From contig NC_045697.1 in assembly GCF_009834535.1 (NCBI RefSeq), positions 58,716,001-58,780,000 of the forward strand: a DNA stretch of 64,000 bases, read 5' to 3'. A program made the translations under genes and the position numbers. The stretch is from Camelus ferus (lineage: Eukaryota). Below are positions 1 to 12,179 of the stretch, piece by piece (positions within the stretch are counted from its first letter, which is position 1; the number at the start of each line of letters is the position of its first letter). The notes below the pieces were generated by a model. That model had not been told where the DNA came from, made no database searches, and worked only from the letters and a program-made list of their open reading frames with translations.

Positions 1-329
1 CTGAGGAAGGAACTATCAACAATATAACATTATTATGTATAATTTTCTCACTCTTTAATAAAAAAACTTAATGTAGACAAAAAAGCAGTTGATATCTAGT
101 AAACTCACTGTAGATGGTATTCATTTAAATTTTTAATTTCATGTTTATAGGTATAACTGTAAATGCTATATATGTATTATTATTACATCTACCATGTAAG
201 ATGAAAAAAAAATACACCACTAAAGACCAAATAAATTTCAGGTAGAAACTATAGTTTCTCAGAAGCCCCCATATTATGACACACTCTATTAATCTACTAG
301 GAAGTTAGTTGTATATATCCAAGGACCCT

Positions 330-415
330 CTCCATTTTATTTGCCCCTGTGTCCCAGCAACTAGAACAGTGCCTGGAATATAAAAGCTAGTTGAGAATAT
401 TTTGAATTTGTTAAA
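330..415 (+). mobile_element. L2 LINE 3' end fragment
   Basis: tgtgtcccagcaactagaacagtgcctggaatata...aatattttgaat resembles the L2 terminus. Confidence 0.55.
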
Positions 416-764
416 TCAGCATAAAGGGTCTCTATCTTTGATGCTCTTAAATAAGTGGTATAACTTTATTCATATTACCAAAGGCAAAATAAAAGGCAAA
501 AAATTTTTAATGATATATGTATGTGGATTGCATACTTGCTATGCTGAAGTAAACATTTTTTTGCATACAATACTTAATTAAAAAACCCACTAGACAGTTT
601 AGGTTAATATCTAATTACTTTTTAAAAACTACTATATTCTGTTACATCATGCTACAATTAAAAATAATAATCATTTAAAACAAAATAACTTGCATTTTTG
701 GCATTTTAACACCTGACAATAAATGCATAATTTTGAAACAAGAAGCATTTATAGCAACAATAGC

Positions 765-980
765 TAGCAGTTACTGAATGTTTACTGCTTGGAAACCCTT
801 ACTACTAACTCATTTAATTATCAAGACAACTCTTTAAGGTAAGCATATTATCACCATATTACAGATTAAGAAAAATGTAAGGAGGTGAAATTAAGTTACT
901 TGCTTAAGGTCACAAATTTAGTAAGAAACAGAGCTAGGATTTGGTAAAAGACAACAACCTGGCTCTAAAGTTTATGCCCA
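765..980 (-). mobile_element. MIR SINE
   Basis: catattacagattaagaaaa...ttaagttacttgcttaaggtcaca...agagctaggattt is the reverse-complement MIR core. Confidence 0.75.
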
Positions 981-3420
981 TCAGATGGTCTACATAGTTT
1001 CTCAAGAAGATTTTACTTGTCAGTTTATAGTGACTAATTTTTTTCTCACCCAGAACATATAGTAACACCACAGTTTGATGCCCCATTTTAAATGTCAATA
1101 CATTTGAAAAATAGATTCAAATTATGTTTTAAATAAAATCTCAAGTTGTGAATGTTGGCTGATTTGCCACTTATATAAAAAACTATGTAGTCTACAGAAT
1201 CTGATATCTACTTTCAAATAAATGACATATACATTTGCAGAGACAGTGTGTGGTAAGGCTTAGATTTTTAGATTTCTCAAGTGGATATTTCCTATTCACA
1301 ACCAATAGCATCTTAATTCACAAATCTTCTCTTAGCATCAGTTCACTTGCGACGCATGTGGCATGGAGTCATTAGGCCATGGGTTCTATGCTCTACTGTG
1401 CCTACCAATTTTAAAAAGGAGAGATTTGTGATAGAAAATTACAACTCCTTAACAACAGAACTAATAGTCAAATGCTTACACTACAATAGAGAGAATGGGG
1501 TATAATAATCTGGCATGCAGGAGTGCTATGAGAATGGATTTTCTTTTTTTTTTTTTTTTGGAATCACAATAGGATCTTTTATTACTGTAAAACTAATGTC
1601 CTAATTTCTTGTCAAAGTTAAGTTTATGCATTTGCAGAATTCAGCAGTCTTTCATGAATCTTCTCCCTCAGCCTCGTAAACTATATATTGTCTTTTTAAG
1701 TCAGGGCCATTAAAATCTTGCAAAGTATTTGCTGCACTATACATATTATTGGTCCTGTCACTGAGCAGTGCTCTTTTTCTGTTTTATAGCTAATGTAGCA
1801 TTTCTCCATGGCATCAATAGATTAAAACATTCACTACCAGAAAAAGTATGTGAAAATGGAGCAAGCTCATTTTGCTACAAGCTAACTCAATAAATCTGTG
1901 TAGTTTACTGATGTTCCCTTTCATTTAGAATCAGTACATATTTATCTTGCAAACTTCAAGAAGGCAGAAAAATAGGTTATTTTTCCTTTTTTGTCCATGG
2001 CAGCAATGCTACTTCGTTAATGTTAATAAATGGCAGTTTAATAAGACCAGGTCTATTTTTCTCATATGCACTTGGAAATATATAGAAAAAGGGTCAATGA
2101 GGGGTATATTAAGACTTCAAAAGATTCTTTCTATTGTTTCCAGCGCCATACAATTCTTCAGTATAGAAAAGAGGCAAGATAGCTTAAGTTAACTGACTGA
2201 ATTTTATAACCTTAGTTTGATGTTTTTCTTAACTTTGTCACCAGAGAAGTAGCTTACTAACAATCCTAGTTTATTTACGTTAGGACAAATAAAAATCAAA
2301 TTAAAGCAAATTTAGTCCAAAATTCTTAAACTGATAATTGAAGGCTAAAGAAAATGTTGGAAATAGTCAGTACTTTTCTTGACAGTACTGTAGAGAAAAA
2401 GATTTTTTACTTTGAGGACAAACTCTTTCCTTGTTCCAGTCCCTTACCTCCCACAGAAGATAGTTATGAATACAGCTTATGCAGTCAATCCCCTAGAGCC
2501 ACTCTCACCAACTGGTCAAGCATGCAACAGCCAGAATAGAAGCTCACAGAGAACACAACCAGTTTTCTCCCAGTCCTATGTGGCAATCACTTTATCTTTG
2601 GTTATGGCAACACAATGGAAGAAAAATATTGATGTTTATTAAATCAGATCATGCCATAGCTGTAAGAGAGCTATACTACATCTTTCATGCATCTACCACA
2701 AGTACAAAATATGTCTTAGTAGACAAATGCCAGAATTTTTATTATGACATGTTTGATTTTCTTCTGAAAAGCTGTATGCGAAATAATGCCTTACTTTCAC
2801 TCTCACATACTATTTTCTTGCACACAAACTTCCCTTTTCACACAAGAAAAAGCAAGCTGGTTGTAGGGCCACTCTCTCCCAATCCACCTCTTTCGGAATT
2901 CTCCTATATCTGTGCCCTTGCACATACCAATTATAATTTAATACTGACTTTCACAATCTCCAATACATTTATCTAAGACTGGCTGAAATCCCGCCTCTTT
3001 CATAAGTTTTCAACAACTTCTATGTGAATTACAGCTTTCAAGAGGCCTGCTTTCGAAAGATAAGACTTAGGAAGAAAGTTCTGCTGAAACTGATCATTTG
3101 GGGAGATCCGGAATAAGACATCACTCCAATTAGCATGTTAACAAGAAATTCAGTAAACCGACAATTGTTGCACACATGTAAATCCTACTTCACTAACAAG
3201 ATTACAGCTACTTTCCAAGAAGGTAGATAATAGGCTAAATGTTAAAAGAGGTGGTAAGATGATTAACATTTTGTCAAATCAGATTTACAGAATGCTATGT
3301 AATATTTTTTATAACACGACTAAATAATTAAATAACGGTAGATATTTATTGATTGATGACGGCTACAAATGCTTTTAGTTACTCAAACATAATAAATTAA
3401 AACATTCATATGTGGTATAG

Positions 3421-4390
3421 TGTCCTAGTTTGGGATCCTGGGAAAGCGGAGCCTGAAATAACTTTGATGTAGGTATTTTATTTGGGAGGTAATCCCAGGA
3501 AAAAAAAAGTGTGAAGGAACAGAGAGAGAGAAACTAAAAAGGAAGAAAAGTCACAATATGCATTATTATTACCATTGCCACCGTTGGCAGGGAAGACCAA
3601 ATGCTGCCCAGATCCTTGAGATAATCCTCTAAGAAATATAAATCTGGGGTAATGATACTGCTAACTAAAAATTGGCACTTGCCATCTGCCTCTGCTTGGA
3701 TTAAATCATGAGCCGCTGCAGCCACTGACCTCCAACATTCCCTGAAAGGAGTTCAGGGTGGAGATCAGGAATGAAGCACTCTGTGCTCTGGGAACACTGG
3801 CAGAATTCAGATAGTTAGATATTTTCAGGAGATTTTGTGAGCCCAAATTCTTGCCTCTCCTCATACCTAGAAAAGCACTCAAATCATAAACAGTGACATC
3901 TGCTCCTTGTGACTAGCAGCAAGCCTCTGTCTAAATGTGTGCTCGACTGCACGCCCCCCCCTTCACTAAAATCATAGATAATAATGAGTTCCCCTCCACC
4001 TCTTTGGAGCAGTTCCTCAGGCCTATCTGAGATGCTGTCTCCTGGGTTATAGTCCTCATTTTGCCCCAAGTAAAACTTAACCCGCAACTCTCACTTCGTG
4101 TGATTTTATTTCAGTTTACAACACACAGGCCCTTCCTCCCCAGTGTTTGAGGACAATCTTCACCAGGAGAACTCCCCTGCATGCAAGTGAATGGCTGGCT
4201 GTCAGCCAAACAAGCTTCTGGCCATGGGGAAGTTCTTAAGGCAGAATGCTAAAAGACAAATGGAAGGCATCAGAGGTGAGAATGAGGTAACTGAGGAAGG
4301 CCTGAATGCCCACAAAATAGTTCACTTCAGTCTGGGTAAAATCAGAGTTGAGCTAAGGTGATGCTATATGTGCGCCAGAGGCATATGCTG
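3421..4390 (-). mobile_element. Old ERVL LTR (LTR16-like), split by a younger LTR
   Basis: Starts tgtcctagtttgggatcctgggaaagcggagcctga...tttatttgggaggtaatcccagg. LTR-like sequence resumes after 4120. Confidence 0.55.
3645..4120 (+). mobile_element. Solo ERV1-type LTR (cetartiodactyl MER41-like family)
   Basis: ctgaaaggagttcagggtggagatcaggaatga...gtcctcattttgccccaagtaaaacttaacccgcaactctcac...ttaca. It has a polyA-signal variant AGTAAA (4069-4074) and a CA 3' end. The 5' boundary is approximate. Confidence 0.75.
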
Positions 4391-4391
4391 A

Positions 4392-4420
4392 GTGAGTGTG
4401 TGTGTGTGTGTATGCATGCA
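4392..4420. repeat. (TG)n microsatellite
   Basis: gtgagtgtgtgtgtgtgtgtatgc. Confidence 0.8.
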
Positions 4421-6019
4421 CATAAACAAAACAGTACCTAGACCTTAATCTTTAACTTTTATTTTCTCATAATATTAAGTTTTACATTTATTTAGCAGTC
4501 ATTTAATACTGGATACAAGAAACGATATTGTTACTCTCATAATTTTTTACATAGGAGTTTTTCTCTTCTCCCTCTCTCTCTCTTTTTTTACTTCTGTAAC
4601 ATTACTAGCTTATTTCTGCAACATCCTTTCCAGTTACATGCAGCTGAGAGCGTAAAGTTCAGAAAAGAATTGTAGCTAGGGGTCTAAAATTTACACGTTC
4701 CACAGAACTCCTACTGCGGCACTGGAAAGGAGAAAAATGGAACTTGTTGTGGCTGATTCTGTCTATTCTCATGTCAATCCAGGAAATGGAGAAAGAGAAA
4801 GAGAAATCACTTAGCTCACATACCCTAAGTTCACAAGCAGCAAAGATCCAGCTGACAAGTAGGGCATCAGCAGAAATAATGATTCTTTTCTACTACTTTA
4901 CATGATAACATTCATTTAAACTTAGTATTTGGATAGCCCTTCCTATTTTGATAGGAGAAAATGTGATTAAATAGACCTTCATTATACAAAACTATTAAAA
5001 TACTTCCTATGTAAAATTCATTGTTCATTTTTGGGGTCTTATTTCTCGACCTTTCAAAACACAGCATAGAAAGTTATTTTAACAAAACATCTGTAGTTCA
5101 GGATATTTAAAAGTAGTCCCAAATTCTTGAATAGAGATTATGAAAGGATGAGCAATGCTTGCAATTTTAACTCATGTATTTTCATTTACTAACTTACATA
5201 TGGAAAAGTGGACCCTTGCAACTTTTAAGATTCTGAGAGAACACAGTTTAAACCTAGAAGCAGATCAAGGTCAATCAATTTAACACAATAAATTAGCAAG
5301 CAACCTGAAATATTTAGAAGCAATTTAAAGGCAACAAAATGTATGCTTTAGTGAGCACTGGGTACACAATAAATACATGCTGATTTATCAACTTAATGAA
5401 CATAATGGTGAGTTAATAAGAACTAATTTCTAGATGGAGGAAGAACATATAGAAAAAAATGAGTACACTCAATGCTCATACTAGCATAATTGGCTCCAAA
5501 ATGTTTCCTCATTGGAGGAAATGAGCAAATGAAAATTTACTACTTGTATAATTAATATAAAATGACAGGATATTTATTAATGTACAAGTAGCTCCAAAAT
5601 CAAGCTAGTAATACAGTAATACGCATTCACACTTACATACTAAAATAATAATATGGTCTTATCATCACATGTATATATAATCACTTTTTAATGAGCAAGG
5701 TACTTGGAAGTAGCTGCAATATGAGTGCTCATCGTTTTCCATATATCTGGGTGTTACGTAACTCAGAAACCTGGGTTTAATGGATAGACAATCTTGAAAG
5801 AATATGATAGTCATCTTTTGTCAAAAAGGGCAAGTTTAATTTTAAACCAGCAAATTTCAATGCATAAACACAGAAATAAGTGTATACAGAGAGTGCTACA
5901 TCAAGAACAAAAGGAGCCAAAAATCATTTGCCTCCGTGCAGGTGGCAGCCATCTCTTGAATTTAAATAGGTGGCAAGTATGTTCACATAGTGATATCAGC
6001 TATGTAACCGTATGGCCCA

Positions 6020-6524
6020 TGCAGGGGATCAGAATATGATACCAGAATACAGTGCCTTGGCATATTAAATATTTTAAGCTGAAGGAATGTGAAAAACAGC
6101 ATGTGCAGGAAGGACTCTCTGATCTTCCTCTTATCCATTGAAATAGGTCATAAAATCTTTTTGTGAGACATGTTCTCCCTAAACCCAAAAGAAAGGAGTG
6201 TCCTCATCTCTGAAGACAGAGGGATGCTGAGAGGAATCCTAAAGAACAGGTCTAAGTTTCTCCCGTTTACCAGCTTTCACACATACCCTGTGTCCTCTCA
6301 TGTTTTCCCACAACTTCCTATTCTTTATCAAACTTCAGATAAAAACACACAGGTTTAACCATTTCATATGGTCTTCATTTCCTTATGAAATCTCCCATGT
6401 CACGTAGAACTTAACATCAATTTGTATATTGTTCTCTTATTTCTGTCTTTTGTCAATCCAGTGTGCAGGGCCCCAGCCAGACAAACTACAAGGGTAGTAG
6501 GAAAAATATTTTTCCTCCTGTAAC
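6020..6524 (+). mobile_element. Solo ERV1 LTR, MER34/MER39-like
   Basis: 5' tgcaggggatcagaatatg...ttttaagctgaagg and 3' aagggtagtaggaaaaatatttttcctcctgtaa match recalled MER34-family ends. Length ~500 bp. Confidence 0.8.
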
Positions 6525-6584
6525 CTTTTGCAGGAACTGGGATATATGGTAGTGAATTACACCTGTCAATTTTAAAATTCGGTT

Positions 6585-6790
6585 TAACTGAGTGATTACT
6601 ACATACAGGCATTGTGTTAAACACTTTACATACAACTTCTCACTGTATCCATCTTGTAAGTTACCTTCACGTTGTAGATGACGGAATCTGAGGCTCACTG
6701 AACTGAACGGTCTAAGGAAACAAATCACACAACTGTGACTGACAAGCTTGGGCTTTCAACCCATATTTATAAGATTACAAAACCTATATT
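6585..6790 (-). mobile_element. MIR SINE
   Basis: aggcattgtgttaaacactttaca...gtagatgacggaatctgaggctca. Confidence 0.7.
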
Positions 6791-8740
6791 TTAACAAAAA
6801 TGTCATACTACTGTTTGTGGATATGATAGAGTATAAAATGAAATGCAAATGTAAAATATAATTTTCTTTGCAATGGTTCCAAAAACCCTCAAAAACATTT
6901 CCCCCTGATACTGCTTAAAGCCACTGGTATTCTAATTGACTCACTGAAACAATGACATCTATTAGTTCTAGCATTGTACTATTACAGCAAAATTTCTGAA
7001 GCATATGTTTTAAGTCAGCACTGTTCGGTTTGTAGCATCCCCTGTTGCTGAATGGACCCTAAGTTTAGTAACAGACAAAGAGGATGGAAAGAAGCACTAG
7101 CAATCACTGCAGACTCTTTATTTAAGAGGAATTCAACATTTCAAACTAGGTATCATCTACTTCTAGTGTAGTGAAATACATTTTCCTGTTAAAATTGTTA
7201 ACAGGCAAATAATATTGCTCACATTGTTTGTGAATGCTGACAGTTGTGCTACAATATGTGTTTTATAAGCAAAGCCATCTCTGATATATGAAGAGGCTGT
7301 ATCTAATAAGAAAAATGTCTAATCAGGTGACTGAAATCTTGGGATTGGTCTTTTCCTAGACATAATGGCCACCTGTGCCTGACTGTCCTGGACTGTCTGC
7401 AAAGGTAATTCATAATTCACAATATGCCACAAAACCTTGACAGATGTGGTGTCAAATCTTGATCAATATGTGAAATAGCTATCATTAGCACAAAAGAGGA
7501 GGACAGTGTCTGCTGAATGGAATCTGAAATTGAGTGGAGTCATGTGATAACATGTAGGGTACAACTTACTTAAAGTACAGCCAATGCCAAAAAAACCCCT
7601 CCCAAACAAACAAATTTAAAAGAATCCCAAATCAGTAATATTTACTTGAAATGTATGAACTTTGCTTGACAAGCATGTAAGGATAATAGGTCAGAAAACA
7701 GTTATGCTGAGAGAGCAACACACTAAGTTAATTAGTGAATGCATTATTTAATTCATTTACGAGAACCACCAAGATTCTGGTATTTAGATGTGTTTTAAAT
7801 ACATACAGGTTCACAAAAAAGTTCAGGTCCATTGCTGTATATTCTAAGCATAATCTACATTAACTTTACTCAGTATAATCCTTTCAAAATACTATTTGGG
7901 AATTCAGAAATTCAACAAAAACGGCTCTATTCCTGTTGGCCTGCCACCTGGACAGAAAATCAAAGGATTCACCATGCAGAGCAAAGGTAGTAGCATTCTG
8001 CAGGTAAGGATCTCCAGGATAGTAAGGGGATGTTGTGAAGAGAGACCTCCCATATGTAAATTTAAGGATATGTTAAAGCTCAAGGTTGGATCCATGGCCA
8101 TTCCCCAAGACTGACCCATTAGCTTTTCTTTCTATAAATATTACCAAATTTTTCTAAATCATGAAATCATTAATAATATTTCTTTTATAAATATAGAGAT
8201 CTAGAATTTCATAAAAGCTTTGACTCTAAAGCCTGGGGCAAATCAACCGTCCAGTCACCTGACTTCAGAACTGCTTTTAATGCCATTGTTTGGATATCTG
8301 GGTATGATGAAGACTCCATCCCATTTTAAGTATCTGTAAGAGTAGCTTCCATTAACCAAGCTCAGTTTGAGAAATAATAAGCATGTCTTCTAGGTTAATG
8401 ATTCCAAAGCTTTAGCCACAGAAAAGCCAACTTTGCTAGAGTAAAAACCGATGCTTCTATGATTAACTGTTGCCTAGGAGACAGCATGCCCACACCTTGA
8501 AAAAGGTCACTAGGACTCACAAGTCACTCCAGAAAATTAGATGCATTTGCCCACTTCAGTTTTATTATGTCATGTGTAATCCTCCAAGACCAAGTATTAA
8601 CTCCCCTGAATACACCAGAAATTTTATTGCAATCATTAATAAAGTTTATACTAACAATAACTAACAGAATTTAGATTGATAAATAAAAATAACCTATTCA
8701 ACAAATAGTTCATTGCATGGTATTTTTTTTTTTTTCAATT

Positions 8741-9000
8741 GGGCAAAGTATTGCAGTGGTGACAAGAACAAGCTTAGAATCACATAGTTTTAAATGGGTT
8801 AAAATCCTGGCTCTACCACTGGAGATGGTATCCTGGGTATGTATCCCTGGGTGAGTTGCAATGTTTCTGTGCATCAGTTTCCTTGTTGTTGAAAATAAGC
8901 ATAATAAAAGACTCTACCTTTTCGGTTTTTCATGAAGCTTTAAACAGGGCTTGGCACAGAATAAATGTTTGGCAACTACTAGGTATTATTATTACTACTG
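8741..9000 (+). mobile_element. MIR SINE
   Basis: gggttaaaatcctggctctaccact...tctgtgcatcagtttcctt...cttggcacagaataaatgt, followed by an (att)n tail. Confidence 0.75.
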
Positions 9001-11704
9001 TTTTTATTATTGTTATTAAAATGACTAATATGACAGAAGTATCACTGATAAACACAAAACGAGCAAACACATGGTTTACTTGCTTTTATGGTTCTTCATA
9101 ATTTTGTTAAATATATGACTTCTTAAATCTACCATAGTTAAGTCAAAACAAACAAACAAATAAATAAAGGAATATAAAGTATCAAAGGAAGTAAAAAGGA
9201 GTCAGGAAATTTCAACACATCCTTTCTATTAAAGTGTGGTAATAATATTGATTTGACAACATTTTAGGAAACAAATGTGAACATGCTGTTTTAAAATATA
9301 AAAATAAAAGCAGAGAATGAGAAAAAAAGATATGACATCTACTGATTGAATAATTAGAAAACTAAATAATGAACCAATTAGGTAACATTTAAATATAAAA
9401 TAAAGTACCAGATTAAATACAATTTGGATTAAAATATAATGGGCTAAAATAATGGGCTAAATTTAAGAAGTAGATACAATGTGCTATAAATAGTCAGAAG
9501 GTTGTAATATTAAGGTCAGTATGACTCTATGAAATTTTGTATGGGTGTGGTGAAACTAAAAGTTTAAGAATTGTTAAAAACAGAATAGGTGATCTTTTAA
9601 CTTCATAACTGAAAAAAATATAAGTAGAAAACATCATGTTTCTTTGAATTTTATTGAGTTTTCCAATTCCTAGTTAAAAAAAAATAAATCTAAGAAATTC
9701 TGAATTTTCAATCTGGAAATTTTACATTTAAAATAAATCTAAGACATTAAGAGTTTAAACAACCAGTAACTTAGTAAAAAAAAAAAAAGAATATTAAAAA
9801 CATGTTTTAAACTTTCTTTAAAAATATTAAGAATAATCAGAGCTTTTTTTGCCAGTGGTGTAGGAAGAAAAAACAGCAACTGAAATTAGAGAAAGGTATT
9901 TGAAAGGTAAGACTGATGACTCTGATACATTACTTTACTTAGAGTGAAACAATTTATTATGGCTCTAAATCCCTCTACATCCAAAATGACACTGTTGGCA
10001 CTGAGGTTACTTTCTCCCAGTGCCACTGTATATTCAGATGATATTTTTCATGAATAAACATGAAAATGTCAGCAATACTAAACAAAAGGGAGATGGCGAG
10101 TTTGGAAAAAAGCCAATAGCTGTGCCAAATGACCCACGAAATTTGAATTTCAGAAAAGAATGTCTGAAATTTGGGAGGGTGAATGTAGCATTCTGAAGAA
10201 AACATAGTTAAATTATACATTATAGCAACAAAAGAAGGGAAAGAATAAAAAGATGGGGTGACCCACACTGAGTCCGAAATAAAGTAATTCAGGCAGTGAT
10301 ATGGTGGCCTGTACTGGGGTCCTATCAGACTTACAGCAGATATGCAAGCAAATATGGGCTTATCATCAGGGGGTCTCAGAAAAGCAGATGATCTTACATA
10401 CGAAGGAGTGCGTGCTGGGATACATATGAAGAGAGACAAGCACATGAAACCTTGGGGTTTTCATTTCTTTTCCATAGTTTTTCATTTGCTTAGAAATTTC
10501 TCAGTACACTTAAACATACTGAAAACTATTTCTAACATCTGATTAGATAACTAAAAATGTTCAAGTGTTCAAACAAAGTTAAACTAACATGGCCTTTAAA
10601 AAAACAAGGTCAAGCAAACACACTTAAAATCACTGAAAAGATAGCAATATTAACACATTAAAAAGAAATCAACAAACCGGTATTTATTTTTTTAAACCAA
10701 AACACACACTCTATATTTTACCTTTCTTTCCAAGTATTTGTACTCACATAAGGGCATTTCCTGTGAAAACACTGACATATTGCTAAGTGGAGAGACCCTG
10801 ATACAGTTTTTTTTCTTTGCAATCAATCTTGATTTCCTGTGATATCAAATAACAAAGCCTGGACAAGCTTGACTTCTTTAGCAATTATAATTATGTTTCC
10901 ATTAAAATCTTTCAGCTAGTAGTAGTGTTGCCCCATGAAGCACTGTTAATTAGATTTTAAAGACTAACACATTTTTCTGGAAAGCACAGCGCTACCCAAA
11001 GAAAGTGTATCCTGCTCAGCACTTTGAAATCAAGTGATTTTGAGCCCCCAATGACACGTGACCACCTCTTAGGGTGCAGGTACTATTCCTCACCTTTTCT
11101 CTATTCTGGCCTCTAAACAAATCTTTTTATGTAAAAAGAAAAAAAATGGCTAAAATAAACATCAAAGCAAATAACAGAAGATATATATCATAAAGGAACA
11201 TCCTATAGCTTGGTAGAGGAATGGGTTGTAGATTCTGTGGTGACAGGGTTCGGTCTTTTTATAGCACCCATTTTCTCTGTCATCTGCCTCTCTGAGTCAC
11301 TGCCCAGCAAGACGGTCCTAATTTGCTCTCCCTAACAATAGAAATAACAGTCTTGATGTCTATCTCTTTTACAGATTGATCCATTTTTCCAAAATCATAC
11401 CCTGTTTTTCTGATACTTGGCATTGTAACACCAAATTCAGAAAGTTATTTTCAGATGCTGAATATATAAACAGAACCCTCCATTATTACATATTTTTAAC
11501 TGATGGATGTCTCCCACAAGCTGTTTATGTAGAAATAATTAAAGACTCTGTTCCCAGCATAACCCTTGCACTCCTCAAGCTTAGTAATGGAAAGAAATTC
11601 ATGTATTTATTCAACGAGTTACAGCTCCCAAAAGTACTCTCACACTAAGGTTGTAAATGGATCATGGTTCTTAGTCAAGACTAGGGTACTGAGAAAATAA
11701 CCAC

Positions 11705-11860
11705 CAAGACTTGCTGAGCATTTACTTTCTGTAAAATATGTTCTCAACATATAAATTATTTAATTCCCACAATGTTACAAGGTAAATACTATAATTAGTC
11801 TCATGCTATTGATGTGGAAACTGAGGTATATACAAGAATTTGAGTAAACAACTCAAGAAT
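11705..11860 (-). mobile_element. MIR fragment
   Basis: ttgctgagcatttact...gatgtggaaactgagg. Confidence 0.6.
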
Positions 11861-12179
11861 CTAAAGCCACTATAAAACTACTTCACAAACAAAACAATAA
11901 AATACAAAGGAGAGTTGTGGGGAAGCAAAAGGAAAGACACATGCCTTATGTAAAAAGGGAGGAGATGTATGTTTGGAGAAACACATTAGTGATACTGAGT
12001 TAGGGCACAACTAAGATTCTAGAATGACTGAACAGATGGCGCCTAAGGACCTGAACATAAATATGGAATCACTTACAAATATATCAAATTAATACCACTT
12101 TCTTTATTGAAAATCAGGAAATACAGAAATATTTACTTTATCCCTTTCTTTATAGAAAATCAGGAAATGCAGGAATAAA

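Noticed and set aside
2354..2976. Cluster of overlapping + strand ORFs (61-132 aa)
   Set aside because: No family similarity or exon structure. Expected by chance.
9975..10445. Longest ORF in the track (156 aa, minus strand)
   Set aside because: No recognisable domain, non-ATG start, and composition typical of translated AT-rich intron.
12025..12045. CTCF/YY1/NeuroD-like motif aacagatggcgcc
   Set aside because: The CTCF 5' CC core is missing. An isolated short motif is not evidence of function.
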